A DNA stretch of 64,000 nucleotides. Source: Candidatus Parcubacteria bacterium (GTDB lineage Bacteria > Patescibacteriota > Saccharimonadia > UBA4664 > JBIOIQ01). Location of the stretch: NCBI GenBank assembly GCA_963718875.1, contig OY970378.1, forward strand, positions 68,396-132,395, written 5' to 3'. The notes under the pieces were generated by a model. That model worked only from the letters and a program-made list of their open reading frames with translations, ran no database searches and was not told the origin of the DNA. A program made the translations under genes and the position numbers. Every line of letters starts with the position of its first letter. The stretch's first letter is position 1. Below are positions 60,078-64,000 of this stretch, piece after piece.

Positions 60078-60554
60078 GGGTTTGAAAGCTGTCCGATCAG
60101 GAGCACCATCAAATTTCATGTGTGTAATTACACAAAAGTATAGAAAAGAGACTTTGCAAAGTCTCTTTTTTGTATTTAGGGCCACTTGTCGGAGGCATCA
60201 AATGTCAAGCAATTAAGTAAGAAGCTGCTTTACCCCTCTGGTTCACTCCGTTTGAAATCTGTAATGTTGCCCAGTGATCCAGCCTCTCGCACTGTGGTTC
60301 AATGCCGAATCATTTTTTGCTCTTGTAGATATACCGCATCGGCGCGACAATCGCGGTAAATAATGAGATATAGCAATGAAGCAACCCAAACCCCGTCCGC
60401 AGCGCCGCGTCAGAGTAGCTGGAATTAAGAAGAAAGAGCCGAATGTTAAACTTTTCACCTTGGCTCTGATAGAGCTTGCCAGAGAACAGATGAGGACTGA
60501 GGACGAAAAGAAAGACAAGAGTATAACTTAAGCGTCCCGCTCATGCTTGCCTAA
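60078..60554 (+). repeat. att-like junction plus uninterrupted left-end repeat L, copy 3
   Basis: GGGTTTGAAAGCTGTCCGATCAGGAGCACCA, then L; equals 51015-51233 joined to about 52380-52619. Confidence 0.9.
60376..60531 (+). CDS. 51 aa basic small protein (paralog of 52442..52591)
   Basis: MKQPKPRPQRRVRVAGIKKKEPNVKLFTLALIELAREQMRTEDEKKDKSIT. Confidence 0.75.
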   Translation: MKQPKPRPQRRVRVAGIKKKEPNVKLFTLALIELAREQMRTEDEKKDKSIT

Positions 60555-60676
60555 ATAGTTCTTACTTCAGTATAATTAGGCTATTCTTCCGCTTCCGGGC
60601 TTGGCGCTTTGTCTGTCTTATCAGATTGGTAGTGCGCCCGGTCTGGAAATGCCATGACTTGAAGGCTGGAGAAACG

Positions 60677-60889
60677 ATGCCTGATACACAAAATGAAATG
60701 GGCGACCGTCTGCTCAACGGATGTCTTGCCGCCTGGGTCATATTCGGACTTCTCGTCGGCTGGACAGGAGCTTATGAAGGCGGCTGGGAGTTCCTAGCTT
60801 CCGTAAGTGGCTTCTTGGTCACAATTGGTCTAGGAGAGTGGGTGTACGTGTTATTCCCAACATCCCTGCGCACCGCCACGAAGGAGTAA
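60677..60889 (+). CDS. Small two-TM membrane protein
   Basis: TTGCCT(60547)-18-TATAAT, structured leader, GGAG RBS. Confidence 0.55.
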   Translation: MPDTQNEMGDRLLNGCLAAWVIFGLLVGWTGAYEGGWEFLASVSGFLVTIGLGEWVYVLFPTSLRTATKE

Positions 60890-60894
60890 TCTCA

Positions 60895-61098
60895 ATGGAA
60901 TCTTTCCTTGTCATCGCAGCGTGGACCCTCGGTGGAGTAATCCTCGGCTGGTTCGCCCCTTACCTATCACTTGAAATCATGAACGTATCTCCGGACACGT
61001 GCGAATACCGTTCGAGCATCACGTTCATGCGATTCTTCACCACGCCTGCCATGGCGGCGTTTTTCCTCCTGACCTATCTCGAGCTCATCCGAGTCTGA
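60895..61098 (+). CDS. Small two-TM membrane protein
   Basis: AAGGAG RBS, ATG 60895; R2 follows. Confidence 0.55.
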   Translation: MESFLVIAAWTLGGVILGWFAPYLSLEIMNVSPDTCEYRSSITFMRFFTTPAMAAFFLLTYLELIRV

Positions 61099-61121
61099 GG
61101 GATAGCTAGTCCGCCAAGTTC

Positions 61122-61174
61122 TATTCGCCTCCCAGGCCAAGGCTCCTCGCCAACTCTGGGAGGTGCCTTGCGTT
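61122..61174 (+). repeat. 3' hairpin family R2, copy e
   Basis: TATTCGCCTCCCAGGCCAAGGCTCCTCGCCAACTCTGGGAGGTGCCTTGCGTT. Confidence 0.9.
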
Positions 61175-61235
61175 TTAGGGCCTCAAAGACGCTCGTGCTT
61201 GCCTTTTTAGGCTCATTTCAGTATAAGTACCCTAT

Positions 61236-61315
61236 TCCTCCGCCGCAGCAATCTGAGCACTTCTTCCTTAGCACTCAGTTTGCTGCGAAACCGGAAGTAC
61301 CGGATGCGGAGGAGG
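61236..61315 (+). ncRNA. Putative structured 5' leader, copy 2
   Basis: TCCTCCGC/GCGGAGGA closes the same two inner stems as 54738-54815. Confidence 0.6.
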
Positions 61316-61319
61316 ACGC

Positions 61320-61781
61320 GTGACAACAGACGGTGCAACCCAAACCATCGAAGAGCTGATGGCGCGCCTTTCGTGGCATACGAATTACGACGTTGAGGTT
61401 TCTGTTCTAAGCGGGATGGGGTTTTCAGCTAAGATCACCGACCCATCCTTCGGTTTGCCCGTCGTGTATGGATTCGGGATCGGCAAAACGGTTGTTGAGG
61501 CGCTCCAAAACGCCGAAAGACATGCGGAAAATCTACGAATGGCTGGGTATGTACCCACCGCTGAGCGGAACCAGCCATGCCTCAGGTGCAACAATGACGG
61601 TTTCTTGCCCGAATCGAGCCATGCAACTGGCGCTACGTGCAGATGCTCTTACGGCCGCAGGGCGCGCTTAGCGGAGCGAGCGTTTCAGGATCGGGGGCAA
61701 CAGACGGACGGTGTCACTCGAGCTTCCTCGAGAAGATCAATGGCTCCGCGAGGAAGATGTCGACGTACTGGTCCGGCTTGA
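61320..61781 (+). CDS. Hypothetical cassette protein with CxxC...CxC motif (C-terminus uncertain)
   Basis: GGAGG RBS, GTG start, CLRCNNDG...CRC; R1 follows. Confidence 0.55.
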   Translation: MTTDGATQTIEELMARLSWHTNYDVEVSVLSGMGFSAKITDPSFGLPVVYGFGIGKTVVEALQNAERHAENLRMAGYVPTAERNQPCLRCNNDGFLPESSHATGATCRCSYGRRARLAERAFQDRGQQTDGVTRASSRRSMAPRGRCRRTGPA

Positions 61782-61803
61782 TACCCAATCACATGTCCTT
61801 GAC

Positions 61804-61856
61804 CACCGCAGGAACTGGGGTTCACGCCTCAGTTCCTGCCCCACTTTATGACTACA
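61804..61856 (+). repeat. 3' hairpin family R1, copy c
   Basis: GCAGGAACTGGGG-TTCACG-CCTCAGTTCCTGC CCCACTTTATGACTACA. Confidence 0.9.
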
Positions 61857-62000
61857 GGACTTCACAGATGGCTCTGTCATCTGTGAGTGTTTATTGAAGC
61901 CTCCCCGTGGACGATGGCGCACGAAAGTCGTCCAATCAGGTGTGTTATAGCTAATCCATTACTTATTGCAAAATGTAATGGTATTTGATAAAGTAATGGT

Positions 62001-62252
62001 ATGAGAACAACGCTTACCATCACTAGTAAAGGGCAGACTACTATTCCGGTTGAGATACGCAAGAAGTTAGGTATTTCAGACGATGGAGGAATTTTATCAA
62101 TTGATTTTAACGAGCAAAAAGGCGCAGCTATTATTACAAAGCCTATGAGTATTGAGCTGCTTAGTGAGATAGTCAGCAAAAATATTCAACCAGGCACTGT
62201 TCCTGTGATAGATGCAGATAGTTATTACCAAGAGCATCGAGGGAAAGAATAA
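62001..62252 (+). CDS. AbrB/MazE-family antitoxin
   Basis: TITSKGQTTIPVEIRKKLGI; TTGCAA-17-TAAAGT promoter with GTAATGGTAT direct repeat. Confidence 0.88.
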   Translation: MRTTLTITSKGQTTIPVEIRKKLGISDDGGILSIDFNEQKGAAIITKPMSIELLSEIVSKNIQPGTVPVIDADSYYQEHRGKE

Positions 62253-62656
62253 TGTCTAAGCTGGTTGGTTCGCTAGATGCAAATGTTATTCTAAGACTGC
62301 TTTTAAATGACGTTCCGGAGCAGCATCAAGCAGCTTTGAGGCTGTTCCATGGTGCAAATGGCCAATTTGCCGTGGCAGATACCGCCATTATTGAAGTGGT
62401 TTTTGTGCTGTGCCGAGCTTACGGTTTTACCAGAGAACAAACCCGGCAAGCCGTGGCTGGTTTGATGAAACTTAGCGAACTCAACTTGAATCGAAATGCC
62501 TTTGACCTGGCATTGCCGCTATTTGTAAGTTACCCAGGGTTGTCATTTGAAGATTGCTGTTTATCGGTATACTCCCAGCTCAATGACGCCGAGCCGTTAT
62601 GGACTTTTGATAAAAAACTGGCTAATCAAGTATCGAATGCTCAATTGGCTGCGTGA
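62252..62656 (+). CDS. PIN-domain (VapC) toxin
   Basis: LDANVILRLL, IIEVVFVL, SFEDC, LWTFDKKL. Confidence 0.88.
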   Translation: MSKLVGSLDANVILRLLLNDVPEQHQAALRLFHGANGQFAVADTAIIEVVFVLCRAYGFTREQTRQAVAGLMKLSELNLNRNAFDLALPLFVSYPGLSFEDCCLSVYSQLNDAEPLWTFDKKLANQVSNAQLAA

Positions 62657-62708
62657 TGATTTTTGCCCCCTACTGCTCTTAATTGGAGGCCCCAAACGGG
62701 GCCTTTCG

Positions 62709-63374
62709 CTATCTAACGATGGTTGATTGTTTCAATATTTGGTTGAACTCGTCGACAAAGTCATGTGAATCGGTAATAAATTCGAGGGTTTTGTCTCGGA
62801 CGGGTACAAGCACAATAATCCCATTGTGCTCCGCGTCAAATTTACCGTCCAGCCAGGTGGCGCCAATGCCCGATACTGTAACGCTTTTTTCGGTTAATCG
62901 GCCGGCTTTTACGGCGTTTTTATAGTAGGTGTCGTATAGGGTAGATTGCTTTTGGTTAATTAAGAGTGCTCTAAAGGCATAGAGGTTAGTGCGTATGCTG
63001 CGGTCGAGTTTTACAGCGACCGGGTGAAGCAGTAGGTTTACTTGGGTTAGGGCGGTTTGGTCTTCTATTACGTAGGCATTCCAATTTTTAGGGAATGAAA
63101 TTACAAAATTTCCATAAAGGTCGGGGGCTTTGTACTGACGATAAGGCAACGCATTGGCAGTAGCGTACTCCTTGTTGTCGGCATCCCTTTGGGCGGCTTG
63201 GCCTTGTTTGTAGGAGGCGGCTTTAAGTACGTCAGTGGCTTTTTGGGTTTGTTGGTTGTTGGTGTAGGCATAAATTGCCAGGATGCCAAAAATAAGTGTG
63301 CTCAAGCCCAATAGTAAGGTTGAGATAAGTAGAATGTTAACTTCGCCGCGAGTAGATCGTAATATTTTAAACAT
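62709..63374 (-). CDS. Membrane-anchored hypothetical protein
   Basis: N-terminal ..RG|E + hydrophobic helix; YG.F.ISFPKNWNAY, PVRDKT. Confidence 0.65.
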   Translation of the reverse strand: MFKILRSTRGEVNILLISTLLLGLSTLIFGILAIYAYTNNQQTQKATDVLKAASYKQGQAAQRDADNKEYATANALPYRQYKAPDLYGNFVISFPKNWNAYVIEDQTALTQVNLLLHPVAVKLDRSIRTNLYAFRALLINQKQSTLYDTYYKNAVKAGRLTEKSVTVSGIGATWLDGKFDAEHNGIIVLVPVRDKTLEFITDSHDFVDEFNQILKQSTIVR

Positions 63375-63623
63375 GCTTGTGCTTATAATACCGAATTTTA
63401 GAGAATGCGCAAAGGACTAGAGACCTAAAATATTTGGAATTGGTCCCACGTGATCATAATTATCTAAGGCCGTATTGGCTGCAAGTTGGTACCCGGCGGT
63501 AGCTGTAGAGCTGATGCAAAGTAGTTTTTAAAAAGCTGTTGCAGGCATTCTGTAGTTCTATATAGTTAAGAGAATAAACTTCCAAAAAGCGCAAAACAAT
63601 CAATCACGCCTTTTAAACATTGT

Positions 63624-64000
63624 TTATGTTTGTACTCCGGGCCGCTCCCAGTTTGACGTGTCTAATTTAGTAAGATCGGCCGAAATGAGAAACTCGCGAC
63701 TTCGATCTTCTGGATCCTCTTCGATTAATCCTGCGCGAGCTAGGGATTCTATGGCCTGTTGGTTTGTTATTGGGATGTTCATTAATCTGTAGCTAGAGAG
63801 GGCTTGATCTCGAACCTTGTATTCTATGTCATCACCCAATAGCTTAGCTAAGACTTTTAAGGAAAAGTCATTAACAACTGATGCTCTCAATTGAGTAGCT
63901 CCATGGTCAACTGCATAGGCCAGTGAGGCTTCGATCAGTCTTTGTCCGATACCCCTATTGCGTAAAGCAGGATTTACTCGAACATATCCAGGATTGTATA
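63624..64000 (-). CDS. GNAT family acetyltransferase (5' end off window)
   Basis: Upstream in-frame extension YVRVNPALRNRGIGQRLI (acetyl-CoA binding motif A). Confidence 0.75.
   Translation of the reverse strand, partial: YNPGYVRVNPALRNRGIGQRLIEASLAYAVDHGATQLRASVVNDFSLKVLAKLLGDDIEYKVRDQALSSYRLMNIPITNQQAIESLARAGLIEEDPEDRSREFLISADLTKLDTSNWERPGVQT

Larger units (their letters stand above)
51015..61945 (+). mobile_element. tRNA-Arg-anchored island: tandem mini-elements carrying gene cassettes, no recognisable integrase
   Basis: Repeated GCACCA junctions (51015, 56635, 58452, 60103), repeated left and right ends, GC-rich short ORFs with repeated flanks. Confidence 0.75.

Noticed and set aside
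54606-61174. R2 as a canonical integron attC site
   Set aside because: It ends in GTT but lacks the matching 5' RYYYAAC box and GTTRRRY consensus; no intI in the window.
51015-61945. CRISPR array
   Set aside because: Repeats are separated by 0.4-2 kb gene-containing segments, not ~30-40 nt spacers, and there are no cas genes.

Overview
Chromosomal origin region of what looks like a Patescibacteria (CPR, Saccharibacteria-like) genome. This assignment is inferred from gene content, not from a database search. In order: a partial VanW gene and two secreted proteins; a ~16 kb surface-glycan cluster (frameshifted fcl, Wzm/Wzt, methyltransferases, GT2/GT4, rmd-like, gmd, O-antigen-ligase-like); mnmE-jag-yidC-rnpA-rpmH / dnaA-dnaN-recF-dciA with DnaA-box clusters and a 2 kb GC-rich insert between dnaA and dnaN; a T4SS-like locus (peptidoglycan hydrolases, VirB4, PrgI, two VirB6-like proteins, one ending in 62 prolines, and six tandem VirB2-like pilins); hsp20, comF and tRNA-Arg(GCG). 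Four type II toxin-antitoxin pairs and many nested palindromic or heptamer repeats are interspersed. The most unusual part is the ~11 kb downstream of the tRNA (51015-61945). It is a tandem array of small elements with no recognisable integrase, joined at GCACCA att-like junctions and sharing conserved left and right ends. Inside, unrelated GC-rich ORFs sit between a recurring GCTCATGCTTG/promoter motif, a shared structured 5' leader and two families of conserved 3' hairpins. This looks like an integron-like or module-shuffling gene-cassette system that I cannot match to a described element. Several single-indel frameshifts may be assembly errors.
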